DNA from: a virus
Lineage: Duplodnaviria; Caudoviricetes
DNA length: 57,411 bases
IMG/VR virus record: IMGVR_UViG_3300027844_000349
Location: 1 to 57,411 of that record
Strand: one strand, 5' to 3'
This document shows positions 35,889-45,394 of this stretch, piece after piece. Numbering within the stretch: position 1 is the stretch's first letter; every line of letters starts with the position of its first letter. The notes below the pieces were generated by a model. The model did no database searches, was not told where the DNA came from, and worked only from the letters and a program-made list of their open reading frames with translations. The position numbers were made by a program, and so were the translations under genes.

Positions 35889-36819
35889 TAGCCTTCAACT
35901 CATCAAAACGAGATGGATTTTCTAAGAAAAAGTGTTTCAGGCCATTCATACCTTGCATCTTTTCCTCACCGTACATATACCAAGCTCCCCTTTGTTGTAT
36001 AAGATCTTGGGTAAGAGCTTCACGAATAAAGCTTTCTACTACATCAATCCCACCTTCAATCCTAAAGGGAATCTTAACACTGTTCCAGTGCTCTCCACCA
36101 ATCTTCGTCTTTCTCATTCTAATATCCATATCAAACCCTACCTTAATGCCCTTAGGTTCTTCAATCCATCCATCACGTTTAACCTGTAACAACGAATGAG
36201 CAAAGAATGTTTGGGCTAACCCACCTGGCATTGCATCAATAGATACAGGGCCAAGACTAGACCTAATCTGATTAATTAAGACCAAGGCTGAACCCTTCTT
36301 TAGGTGGGGAAGAATCTTAGGGAACGAGGAATTAACAAATCTGGCTTGCCACGCCATTGGATTATATCCAAAAGTCTCCTCATAGACTGCTGACGGAACT
36401 AGTCCTGCCATACTATCCAGCACAACTAAATCTACACCGTTGTCCATCATTTCCCTAACTGTTTCAAATGCCTCTTCTCCAGTAGTTGGTTGGCTAACCA
36501 GTACATTCTCAGTTTCCAAGCCACACTTTGCCATCCACTTGGAATCCCAAGACTGCTCTGTATCAACCCACCCTACAATGCCCCCGCCACTTTGAGCATT
36601 GACAGCTATTTGAGAAGCTAGAAAGCTTTTACCCACATTAGGAGGGCCATACAGGAGGGTAATACGTTTCTTAGCGATACCTCCGCCTGTAAGCTTATCT
36701 AGTGCAGGTATACCGAAAGGTATCTTATCGTATCCAAGCTCCTCACTATTACCCCGTTTCACATTAAGCTTCTTATTTCCTAGAAGTTCATCAATAACGT
36801 CTTTAGCAGTATCTTTCAT
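35878..36819 (-). CDS. recA: RecA recombinase
   Basis: GPPNVGKS, WVDTE, VVLDSMAGL, LINQIR, MPGG. Confidence 0.9.
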   Translation of the reverse strand: MKDTAKDVIDELLGNKKLNVKRGNSEELGYDKIPFGIPALDKLTGGGIAKKRITLLYGPPNVGKSFLASQIAVNAQSGGGIVGWVDTEQSWDSKWMAKCGLETENVLVSQPTTGEEAFETVREMMDNGVDLVVLDSMAGLVPSAVYEETFGYNPMAWQARFVNSSFPKILPHLKKGSALVLINQIRSSLGPVSIDAMPGGLAQTFFAHSLLQVKRDGWIEEPKGIKVGFDMDIRMRKTKIGGEHWNSVKIPFRIEGGIDVVESFIREALTQDLIQQRGAWYMYGEEKMQGMNGLKHFFLENPSRFDELKANVT

Positions 36820-37031
36820 TATTTATCTAACACCCCTTCAATTTGTTTATCAACTCTACCTTTAACAACATCCCATATCTGATCAGCCACCATACCAGCT
36901 TCATCAATCTGCTGGCTTATAGGTAGGGTTGTATCTATCTGGTCTATATTGAGGTCTACACGACCATACTGATTCGTTGACAGGTCACCTACTCTAAAGG
37001 TAAACCCTAGATGTACACTTACTTTAGCCAT
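36819..37031 (-). CDS. hypothetical protein
   Basis: GGAGG RBS. Confidence 0.7.
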   Translation of the reverse strand: MAKVSVHLGFTFRVGDLSTNQYGRVDLNIDQIDTTLPISQQIDEAGMVADQIWDVVKGRVDKQIEGVLDK

Positions 37032-37043
37032 TCTGTACCTCCT

Positions 37044-39047
37044 CTAATTCCAATCTATGTATTCTTCTATTATATCACATTTCTTATTTGGTAAATCCCA
37101 CTTAGACCAATCAATTTTAGTAGCCCAGGAACCTTGGCATACTTCCATATCAACTTTAAGTGGTATATCTAAACTGTTTGCTTCTAGTATGAGTTGTATT
37201 TGCGGTGGTAATTCTCGTATTTCCTCATCATGAATTTCACAAATGATTTCGTCATGCACTTGCAACAAGATGTTGCTCTTTTTATCTTTAAGATACTCGT
37301 GTACATATATCATCCTCTCATTTAAAATATCAGCACTAGTACCCTGTACTAGATAGTTAACACCTTTATACCCAAGTGTATTAGCAATTTTATATATGCG
37401 ACCATACCGATTCTTTATCCATCCCCGTTGTTCAACAGTAGCAATAACTCTATTAATAAAAGAGCGGGAACCGTGGATATTCTTAAAATATTGTTGCTTA
37501 TAAACTTTAGCCTGCTCCGTTGTGGTACTAAGTTGTTGAGCTAGCCTTTTATTCCCCAATCCATATAGAATACCAAACGTAATATTCTTTGCCATTTGCC
37601 TATAAAATTTAAACTCGTCATGGTCTTCTGTAATACCAAAGGCTATCTTAGCTGATTCACTATGGAAATCTACATCATCTCTAGTTAACAATTCATCCAT
37701 CTCAGTGTTATGAAGATAGCTCAGAAAGACACGTACTTCCATTTGAGAGTAATCAAAGCTGACTAGGGTATACCCAGGTCTAGGTATAAATAACCTTCGT
37801 ACTGCTACTTGGTCTACATTAGATTCGTCAAAAGATTCATCCCCGACAAAGCCCCATGTATCTAAAACACGATTACTAAGTGTAATATCAGATAGTTCCC
37901 CCTTAGACTTGGACGCTACAATAGCAGTTATCCTACCCCTAACAATTTCCCTCTCTTCATCCGTTAAAGACCTATCACTAAGTTTAAAGTGGGTACGAGG
38001 AATGTTCTGAAGATTGGGTTCTCTAGACGAGAGCCTTCCTGTCAATGTTCCCCAATTGCAGAATGAGGTGTGGAGACTATCAGTCTCTATATATGGATTA
38101 ATATATGTAGACTGGAGTTTCTCAAGAGAACGATGTTGACGGACTAATCCTGCCAACTCATTATCTATTTGAACTAGTGCAACTTCACTCCACGATTCCT
38201 TATCCTTAGGAGTTTTAACGGGTGATGAAATACCCATCTCCGTAAATATTTCTCCCAACTGTTGAGTGCTACTAATATTAAATTCATGCCCAACCAGGCT
38301 ATAGATATTCTGAACCACTTCAGCTTTACGTTTAGCCAGTTTCTGTGAAACATCTTGTGCATAGTCACTATCAACAATTACTCCCCTTCGTTCCATTTCA
38401 AAGAGAACCTTAGTCAACTCACATTGAGTATTAAAAACACCCTCTTGGTCAGTCTGCTTAATCTGTTCTAGCCTGTCTAAGTATAGCTTTTGGGTATACC
38501 ATACATCTTTCTTACAGTATTCACCTAGGATATCAGGATGGGCCATAGAAAAATCTTTATTCCATTTGTGTTCACGTAAATACTTTTTAGTATCTATGTC
38601 ATAACTAGCCGCTTCTTCCCCATAGGTACGCTTAATAGTATCAGTTAGTCCTAAATCTCTAACTTCGGTATGTTCTGTTAAACGCACCATAACTAAGACA
38701 TCAACCAATCGTTGACGGTCTATAATTAACCCCTCATTAGCTAAGAAGTGGAGGTCAAACTTAATATTATATCCAATCAAAGTCGAAGGAATGGAATTAA
38801 GCCATCCTATTACTTCTTGACGAGCCTCTTCTGTTAGATTTTCTCCTTGTTGATGCCGAAAGGGGAAGTAATAATTAAACGATGATTCCCCATCATAGGA
38901 ACATATCCCTAATCCACACACTTGATTAAAGCCATAGGGATTTAACCCGTTTGTTTCAACATCAATGACCCACGTATTAGACGATTCCAACCCTATTTGA
39001 GCTGTCTTATAATTAGCATTAGTAAATATCATGCAGCCGCATTCCAT
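37044..39047 (-). CDS. polA: family A DNA polymerase with 3'-5' exonuclease (start may be 39032)
   Basis: IDVETNG, YNIKFD, TGRLSSREPNLQNIP, FDYSQME, RQMAKNITFGILYG, VQGTSAD, QVHDE. Confidence 0.93.
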   Translation of the reverse strand: MECGCMIFTNANYKTAQIGLESSNTWVIDVETNGLNPYGFNQVCGLGICSYDGESSFNYYFPFRHQQGENLTEEARQEVIGWLNSIPSTLIGYNIKFDLHFLANEGLIIDRQRLVDVLVMVRLTEHTEVRDLGLTDTIKRTYGEEAASYDIDTKKYLREHKWNKDFSMAHPDILGEYCKKDVWYTQKLYLDRLEQIKQTDQEGVFNTQCELTKVLFEMERRGVIVDSDYAQDVSQKLAKRKAEVVQNIYSLVGHEFNISSTQQLGEIFTEMGISSPVKTPKDKESWSEVALVQIDNELAGLVRQHRSLEKLQSTYINPYIETDSLHTSFCNWGTLTGRLSSREPNLQNIPRTHFKLSDRSLTDEEREIVRGRITAIVASKSKGELSDITLSNRVLDTWGFVGDESFDESNVDQVAVRRLFIPRPGYTLVSFDYSQMEVRVFLSYLHNTEMDELLTRDDVDFHSESAKIAFGITEDHDEFKFYRQMAKNITFGILYGLGNKRLAQQLSTTTEQAKVYKQQYFKNIHGSRSFINRVIATVEQRGWIKNRYGRIYKIANTLGYKGVNYLVQGTSADILNERMIYVHEYLKDKKSNILLQVHDEIICEIHDEEIRELPPQIQLILEANSLDIPLKVDMEVCQGSWATKIDWSKWDLPNKKCDIIEEYIDWN

Positions 39048-39277
39048 TCCGGTGGGTCAAATTGTCCTGTTTCTGACATACGTTTCATTAAACTATTATA
39101 CGCCTCCGTTACAGATGTACCGATACCCGCCAGCCAAAGCTTATTTTTATTCGGTGCATTGATTTGCCACTGCTCTCCTGCTAAATCTCTTGTATCCCTA
39201 CCCAATTTAATGTCGAAATTTGAAAAGTTATAGTACAACGAATGTAAACAATCTAAATCATCTTTACTAAATATCAT
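39029..39277 (-). CDS. hypothetical protein
   Basis: GGGGAG RBS. Confidence 0.55.
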   Translation of the reverse strand: MIFSKDDLDCLHSLYYNFSNFDIKLGRDTRDLAGEQWQINAPNKNKLWLAGIGTSVTEAYNSLMKRMSETGQFDPPEWNAAA

Positions 39278-39450
39278 TCTCTCCCCCTACTTATCTACCA
39301 CAAAATGTCCCATCGGATGGGGCGGCTTTTCTTTCTCTCCTATCTTCCCCCACAATTTAAGGATACGTTCAGTAGCCCTTATTGTCTGTATATGGGATGG
39401 CCCTGTTTTTATAATATACCAATTTAATAACAAATCTATAACTTCTTCTA

Positions 39451-39479
39451 AAGTGGTGGGGGATTCGCCCCCACCACTT
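39451..39479 (-). terminator. GC-rich hairpin after ssb
   Basis: AAGTGGTGGGGG-attcg-CCCCCACCACTT. Confidence 0.55.
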
Positions 39480-39485
39480 GGTTTA

Positions 39486-40187
39486 TTAGAAGAGGTCATC
39501 GAGTTTAACCGCTTCAGAAGAGGCGGTGTGACCGTTTGATGTAGCTGCTGCTACGGTCACAGAACCATACCTATCTTTGAAGTATTCTTTAACTGCTGGT
39601 AGGTCTGCTTGCTCTTCAAACTTATCCTCAGGAATTTCCATATCTCTAGCAGTAGCAGAGATGCTATAAGAAGTATCTAGCATACCAGAACCAGTACGTT
39701 TAACACGTATTACACCCTTATCAAGTTGACCCCAGTCATTATAGACATCGACCAACTGGTTCCAAATATAATCACTACGTCCAAAAGTTAGTGCTATCAA
39801 ACGATAGTCATTAATTACTTCTTTAAAGAGCTTCTTTCCACCTGGGCCAGAAACTTCTTCCCACGAATCTACTCGTTTCTCAGGATGAATAACTTCATGT
39901 ACAAATGCCCAGAAACCAAACTTGTGGCTAGGCCGTGTATCTGAAGGAACATCTGAAGTATCTGTCTCTGGGTCAGATAGAAGGTTTACCCAACGATTGC
40001 CAGACCTGTACGTATAGATATAAAATTCATCTAGCTTAATGTCATCTTCATGACCTGTAGCCAATGAGGTTATAAACGCTTGGTCACCATCTTTAAACCA
40101 AATCTCTTTACCTAGTGCTTGATTACCATTACTGAGGCCAGTTTTCTGTTCTTCCCGTTGTTCTTGAATCCTATTAATTCCACCCAT
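39486..40187 (-). CDS. single-stranded DNA-binding protein (gp32-like)
   Basis: VKRTGSGMLDTSY motif, acidic C-terminus DDLF; replication context. Confidence 0.7.
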   Translation of the reverse strand: MGGINRIQEQREEQKTGLSNGNQALGKEIWFKDGDQAFITSLATGHEDDIKLDEFYIYTYRSGNRWVNLLSDPETDTSDVPSDTRPSHKFGFWAFVHEVIHPEKRVDSWEEVSGPGGKKLFKEVINDYRLIALTFGRSDYIWNQLVDVYNDWGQLDKGVIRVKRTGSGMLDTSYSISATARDMEIPEDKFEEQADLPAVKEYFKDRYGSVTVAAATSNGHTASSEAVKLDDLF

Positions 40188-40201
40188 AATTTATTCTCTC
40201 C

Positions 40202-41065
40202 TTACCAATAATTTCTTTTATCTATTATATCACAAAGTTGGTTTTCATTTCTTACATCTTGAACATCTTTAAATCCTTTAGGTAATGTTATATACGATAC
40301 TATAAAGCTATTAGATAGCTCTTTAAATATTTTATTTAAAGCTCTTTGTCCTGTAGAATCATTATCTAAACAAACAACAAATTCTTTAGTAGATATATTA
40401 TACAACATTTCCCGTTGTTTTTTTGACATGCTTGAACCCAATAAAGCAATCGAACCAAAACCGTGCTGGTCTAACCACATAGTATCTAAGCTCCCTTCGG
40501 TAATACATACAAAAGGTTTCTTGACTAAGTGACAGTCTCCGAATAAGATCTTGGACTTCTTAAGCCCTTTAGAGTACATATACTTAGGGACAGCATTTAA
40601 CCGTCTACTGACCCAGCCTATCATACGTTTGTTAGTATCATCTACTGGGATTATTAAGTCATTATAAGTATTAATTGCACATCCCCATTTAACCAATGTG
40701 TCTTTATTAAAGCCACGTTCTAATATCCATTTAGGAACGGAGGACTTATCGAAAGGAAAATCTACAGTGGGTAGCTCACCATCCTCATCAATCCTATATT
40801 CATCAAACAAGTCTATATTAAACGTGGCTTCTTGTTCCCGCAGTAAATTGTCAATCTGTATTTTAGAGTAGCTTAGATACTTCTGTAAGAACGTCTTTAA
40901 GCTACCTGAGCCACATCCTGCAAAACAGATCCAAACTCCCTTCTCAACATTAATTGAGCAGGAGTCTACTTTATCTATATGAAAGGGACACTTTATGGAG
41001 AACTCGTCCTTGTAAGTATCTGGCGTTATACCCACATCTAACAATACAGTTGTCCAATCGGTCAT
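40202..41065 (-). CDS. dnaG: DNA primase (CHC2 zinc finger plus TOPRIM)
   Basis: CPFH..CFAGC, PKY, ITEGSLD, LDNDSTG, KDVQD. Confidence 0.88.
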   Translation of the reverse strand: MTDWTTVLLDVGITPDTYKDEFSIKCPFHIDKVDSCSINVEKGVWICFAGCGSGSLKTFLQKYLSYSKIQIDNLLREQEATFNIDLFDEYRIDEDGELPTVDFPFDKSSVPKWILERGFNKDTLVKWGCAINTYNDLIIPVDDTNKRMIGWVSRRLNAVPKYMYSKGLKKSKILFGDCHLVKKPFVCITEGSLDTMWLDQHGFGSIALLGSSMSKKQREMLYNISTKEFVVCLDNDSTGQRALNKIFKELSNSFIVSYITLPKGFKDVQDVRNENQLCDIIDKRNYW

Positions 41066-42303
41066 TAAAACTCCCCTGAATTATGAGAATCCTCTTTAAT
41101 ATACCCACTGTCTACATTCCACTCTAGCATGGAGCTATCAATAGACAGTTCACCATCTCTATATTTCTGATATTGGATAATACGTTTGAAGTCATTATCT
41201 TCTACCATACACATAGACAGAGCCACATCAGAAGCCCTAAGAAGAGCGTCACCAAAGGCTACATGCTCTGCTCTAGGGGGAGCATATAAATCTGCTGCGT
41301 CCCTATTAGCCTGAGTAGAAACAAATGTAGTAATGTTGTGGCTCATACATAGATTCTTAAGACCATAGAACAGAGAGTGCGACTGTTCCCACATAGCCTT
41401 TTTACCATCACCACTGGATACTAAGTATACCCCATCTAGAACTACAAAATCTGGTTGATGCTTTCTAACTAAGCCTGAGATAGAATCTAAGCTCATACCT
41501 TGTTGTCCTTCTATGTGGTCACATATCAGCATCTTACGACCATTAAGTTTAATCAAGAATTCTTTGTATGCTTCTTCATCAATAGGGTCACCGTTGCGTA
41601 GAGCCTTATGAGAAAAATTATACCCCATCATATTAGCTAACACAATATCTGTCCTAAGGCTAATTGCGTTAGTAGGCATCTCTGTGGAGATGAGTAGAGT
41701 TTTATACCCTGCCATCATCGCTACAGCGGCTGCATGGACACACATCCAAGTCTTTCCCATTGCTGGCCTAGCAAAGAGAGATATCAATTCTCCTGGCATC
41801 CAGCCTACACCCATCTTATTTATAGACTCAAAAGAAGTTGTGATTCCCATCATCCCTTCTTTACGTAGTTCATTCTTATTCTTCCAATCATTATACCTTT
41901 CTAGGTGACCACTATCATAGTTAGTAACATCTTCATCATAGACTAAACCAATGTCCTGTAAAGCTGTAACAATCTGTGCATATGCATCCTTAGGCTTTTC
42001 AAGAAGCATGGCCTTATTCTTTTGAAAAGACCCTACTACCTGTCTAAAGAGTACTTGGTCTTTAAAGGTATCTAGGGCATAGTCAAAAGTAAGGTTCTTA
42101 GCAGTATCATCTAGTGTAGGATAATTTTCACAGATTGTGCTAGTACTTGGCAGTTCCCCGTAGCTATCCAAGTATTTATTTACAAACTTATAAGCATCCC
42201 CATGCTGTGCAAAATCTTGTGAAGTATACTTAAACCGATTAAAATTCTTCTTCTCTGTTAAACCTAATATCAGTCCTGACTCAATGTAATCATAATTTTC
42301 CAT
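41065..42303 (-). CDS. dnaB: replicative helicase
   Basis: ARPAMGKT, ISTEM, VVLDG, STQANR, KYRDG. Confidence 0.9.
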   Translation of the reverse strand: MENYDYIESGLILGLTEKKNFNRFKYTSQDFAQHGDAYKFVNKYLDSYGELPSTSTICENYPTLDDTAKNLTFDYALDTFKDQVLFRQVVGSFQKNKAMLLEKPKDAYAQIVTALQDIGLVYDEDVTNYDSGHLERYNDWKNKNELRKEGMMGITTSFESINKMGVGWMPGELISLFARPAMGKTWMCVHAAAVAMMAGYKTLLISTEMPTNAISLRTDIVLANMMGYNFSHKALRNGDPIDEEAYKEFLIKLNGRKMLICDHIEGQQGMSLDSISGLVRKHQPDFVVLDGVYLVSSGDGKKAMWEQSHSLFYGLKNLCMSHNITTFVSTQANRDAADLYAPPRAEHVAFGDALLRASDVALSMCMVEDNDFKRIIQYQKYRDGELSIDSSMLEWNVDSGYIKEDSHNSGEF

Positions 42304-42306
42304 TCT

Positions 42307-42573
42307 CTACTCCTTCTTAGAATCATAAATAATTCTATTAGAATCGTTGTGTACATAGTATACCACATCTATTTCTTCATAAAAATTATCTACAATCTTC
42401 TTCGCTTTAGCAAACGTATTTACTGTGTCTTCAACCCATACCATATTATTTAGTTGGCTAACCCCAATAATTCTAAACTCCCCATCAGGGGCAGTACGAT
42501 CCTGAAGATGTTCTTTATCTAACTTCCGTTTAGTTTTTACTAGTCCTCTTTGCTGGTGCTTTACTCTTTTCAT
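42307..42573 (-). CDS. hypothetical protein
   Basis: ORF track. Confidence 0.6.
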   Translation of the reverse strand: MKRVKHQQRGLVKTKRKLDKEHLQDRTAPDGEFRIIGVSQLNNMVWVEDTVNTFAKAKKIVDNFYEEIDVVYYVHNDSNRIIYDSKKE

Positions 42574-43030
42574 CCTTGAATCTCTCCATTAAATCTTTTT
42601 CTAATTGTATCATCTTAGTATGGTCTGTTGATTTAGGTAGCCATTTAGCTCTCAGCAACCTCAGCTCTTGCCATTTATCTATATACTCCTGTTGATTACT
42701 AGACTGAATCTTCCATCGTAATTCAGGGTTATCATCATCAGGTAAATAAAATTTAATCCCTGCAACAAAATAAGGGATAGAAACTGTATTTGAATTTCGT
42801 TTAATACAAGCCACTACCCCACATAAAAGAGCATAAACATTATGGACTTCAAGTAGTCCTTTTAGAAGCTTCATTTCATACCCTATGAAACGGCTAGGAA
42901 CATATTCCTTGTCATGCTTCTTATAATATTCCTCTGAAAAAATTCTATGTAAATCGTTACAATTATAATCCTCTATACTTTTCTCCCTCTTTTCCATGTT
43001 CATAACTATCCTCTCCTTCAAATAAGGCAT
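42530..43030 (-). CDS. hypothetical protein
   Basis: ORF track; probable start 43003. Confidence 0.6.
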   Translation of the reverse strand: MPYLKERIVMNMEKREKSIEDYNCNDLHRIFSEEYYKKHDKEYVPSRFIGYEMKLLKGLLEVHNVYALLCGVVACIKRNSNTVSIPYFVAGIKFYLPDDDNPELRWKIQSSNQQEYIDKWQELRLLRAKWLPKSTDHTKMIQLEKDLMERFKDEKSKAPAKRTSKN

Positions 43031-43547
43031 TAACTTTTACTCTAAGTCCTGCTCTAATAGTATACGCTGATTCATGTAAATCTTCAGTGATTTCTTCCAT
43101 CGTTAATCCTTCTAATCTTAACACAACGAACTGTTCTTCTTTCATTGTTAGATTACTATCTTGAATTAGTTCCATCATTTCTACATGCTCAAACGAATCA
43201 TCAATAGTACCTAATGCCTGCTGTATTTTATTAGATGGTATATCATCTATTCCTACCTCTAGTAAGTCTTCAATGCTTTGAGTATCTAAGTGTTTTCTCT
43301 GTGCTCTAACTATAAGAGTTCGTAATGTATTCAACATAGTTGTATGTAAATACGTATGAAACGTTGTACCGACATCAGGATTAAATCCTTTAGCAGCTTT
43401 TAGAATAGCAATTCTTAATTCTTGAGCAATATCATCTCTATCCATATCTACTACAAATGCGGAAGAAGCTATCTTTTGCACTTTAGGTTCCCACTTCACA
43501 ATTAGATCGTCATTGATTTCTATTGCCGTTTCCATAGCTTTCTCCAT
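42963..43547 (-). CDS. RNA polymerase sigma-70/ECF-like factor
   Basis: DRDDIAQE..AAKGFNP..FHTY (region 2); LTMKE..EGLTMEEI (region 4). Confidence 0.8.
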   Translation of the reverse strand: MEKAMETAIEINDDLIVKWEPKVQKIASSAFVVDMDRDDIAQELRIAILKAAKGFNPDVGTTFHTYLHTTMLNTLRTLIVRAQRKHLDTQSIEDLLEVGIDDIPSNKIQQALGTIDDSFEHVEMMELIQDSNLTMKEEQFVVLRLEGLTMEEITEDLHESAYTIRAGLRVKVNALFEGEDSYEHGKEGEKYRGL

Positions 43548-43753
43548 AAAGATTTGGGAGTATATCCCTTAGCGATAAGATAGGCGTAGTTAGCCATAAC
43601 CCCAGAAAAGAACAGTACAATTATATAAAGTACCCATAAAGGTAACGGTGCAAACTTAAAGAACGTTACCATTATTGTGTCCTCTAACATATGCATAGCT
43701 GTGATGCCGATTAATAGTTTCCAATAGAGTTTATCTATTTTATCAAGATGCAT
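43520..43753 (-). CDS. small two-helix membrane protein
   Basis: two hydrophobic segments, basic C-terminus. Confidence 0.55.
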   Translation of the reverse strand: MHLDKIDKLYWKLLIGITAMHMLEDTIMVTFFKFAPLPLWVLYIIVLFFSGVMANYAYLIAKGYTPKSLWRKLWKRQ

Positions 43754-44148
43754 TAAATACTCCTCTTCCCTGTTATCCCGTCGCGTTGACCTCTATTATA
43801 ACACGAAGTACTACAAAAAATATGTAGGTATCCTCGCTTATAGCCACCTTTTATTATACGCTTTTTACGTTTAAATTTTAAATGGCAGAACTCGCACTCA
43901 ACGTCTATAAATTTTATATCGTCTTTACATTTACCTGGGCAAACTTGTTGTTTATTGGGGGTAGGACTATGACATACAGGACAATACACAAGTCGTTTCC
44001 GTTGGTATAATCCTTTAGTAGGTACTCCCGCAGTCTTCAAAATGTAAAAAATTCTCTGCTTAGTTACACCAAGCTCTTTAGCTATAGCTGGTAAAGTTAA
44101 GTAGGGTCGTTTTTCTTTTAGGTCTATTGCTTTGCTTCGTGTAGACAT
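43753..44148 (-). CDS. HTH plus zinc-finger DNA-binding protein
   Basis: TLPAIAKELGVTKQRIFYIL; CPVC..C..C; CEFC..FCSTSC. Confidence 0.7.
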   Translation of the reverse strand: MSTRSKAIDLKEKRPYLTLPAIAKELGVTKQRIFYILKTAGVPTKGLYQRKRLVYCPVCHSPTPNKQQVCPGKCKDDIKFIDVECEFCHLKFKRKKRIIKGGYKRGYLHIFCSTSCYNRGQRDGITGKRSI

Positions 44149-44162
44149 TATAACACATTAGC

Positions 44163-44615
44163 CTAAATAATTATTTCTACTACGCCTGGTGTAAATGCAT
44201 ACATTCCCGCTCCCTTCTTAGGCCAACTATCAGACTGGGGTTCAAAGATTTTTGATGTACCATCGGAGAACACAACAATATTATAGGCATGTCCTCCCGC
44301 ATAATCAATTACTAATCCTACTGTATTCACATGAAACTTTCTATCTACTCTGGCTTTAAACGAGAAAGCAAAGTTATCGCAATCATATTTCTCGGCTACA
44401 TACTTTTTATTGTCTGTCCAATCCCAGTCAATTATCTTCTGAAACTCTTTTTGGGATACAGCAATGTATTTACGATCTAGCCAAGTAATCTTAGCTGCAC
44501 CTATAGCCTTACTGACATGTCCTGAGGACATTTCTTTATGACCAGTAAGTTCTGGGGGAGTTAATATTGACAGGTCATCTTTTAATTTAATAAGGGTTGT
44601 TACTAATTCTCCCAT
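44163..44615 (-). CDS. papain/transglutaminase-like cysteine protease domain
   Basis: YDCDNFA (Cys), GHAYN (His), FEPQ (Glu). Confidence 0.65.
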   Translation of the reverse strand: MGELVTTLIKLKDDLSILTPPELTGHKEMSSGHVSKAIGAAKITWLDRKYIAVSQKEFQKIIDWDWTDNKKYVAEKYDCDNFAFSFKARVDRKFHVNTVGLVIDYAGGHAYNIVVFSDGTSKIFEPQSDSWPKKGAGMYAFTPGVVEIII

Positions 44616-44794
44616 TTATCTACAACCTCCCTCAACTCTTTAGCAAGAACAATGGCTTCATTTCTCTCATCTTCTAATACTTTAATGCGCCTATTAAGAG
44701 CTTCAACCTTCATTTCAAGTTCTTCATTGCCCGAATTTCCTGACTTTGCTTTAATTAATGTTAACAACTGTTCTAATATTTTATTCAACGTCAT
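44603..44794 (-). CDS. coiled-coil protein
   Basis: GGAGG RBS; heptads. Confidence 0.6.
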   Translation of the reverse strand: MTLNKILEQLLTLIKAKSGNSGNEELEMKVEALNRRIKVLEDERNEAIVLAKELREVVDKWEN

Positions 44795-44915
44795 GGTTTC
44801 TTTCCTCCAATAAATCTAAGACCGCCTCACACTGTCTCTCCAACCATAAATCAAACTTACATATCCTACTAGTGAATACTAGTAGTTGTATTACAATTTT
44901 CATATTTCCTCCTTT

Positions 44916-45155
44916 CTAGAAAACGTTTTCTGTTGCTTTAACTGCATTCTCAATGGCGGTTGACCGAATACAACCAGTAACAACATCCGCTAGCCGTCGT
45001 TTTAAATCAGTAGCTAAAATTTCAGGGGTAGGTGTTTCTTGATCTGTGCCTATCCATTCTCCTTCTTCATCATATTTAGGAACAGGGCAATGGTGGTGTT
45101 CCTGAATTAAATCCCATTGCTCATCTGTAAAGTCTATTGTAACTGTTACTGTCAT
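44916..45155 (-). CDS. hypothetical protein, tandem paralog 2
   Basis: VTIDFTDEQWDLIQEH. Confidence 0.7.
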   Translation of the reverse strand: MTVTVTIDFTDEQWDLIQEHHHCPVPKYDEEGEWIGTDQETPTPEILATDLKRRLADVVTGCIRSTAIENAVKATENVF

Positions 45156-45163
45156 ATTTCCTC

Positions 45164-45394
45164 CTATACCTCAAACGCAGCTTGTTGTGCTTTTGTAGCT
45201 TTATCTTGGATACGCCTAGTAATTCTATTGGTCAAAAAAGTCTTTAACTCTCCTGAAACAATAGCTGCCGTCATTGTAACTGGGGTATACACGTCATCTT
45301 CTAAGGTATCTGGAATCTGGAAAGCCTCCCCACCGTGTTCTACTACCAAAGCCCATTGAGCATCTGTTAGTTCGATTGTGATATTTTGAGCCAT
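45164..45394 (-). CDS. hypothetical protein, tandem paralog 1
   Basis: ITIELTDAQWALVVEH. Confidence 0.7.
   Translation of the reverse strand: MAQNITIELTDAQWALVVEHGGEAFQIPDTLEDDVYTPVTMTAAIVSGELKTFLTNRITRRIQDKATKAQQAAFEV

Noticed and set aside
37803-37994. Intein or intron in polA
   Set aside because: The frame is continuous, the segment is too short, and it lacks C/S..HN splice residues.
39287-39499. 70-aa ORF from the track
   Set aside because: It overlaps the ssb stop and a terminator-like hairpin and has no clear RBS, so it was not listed as a feature.
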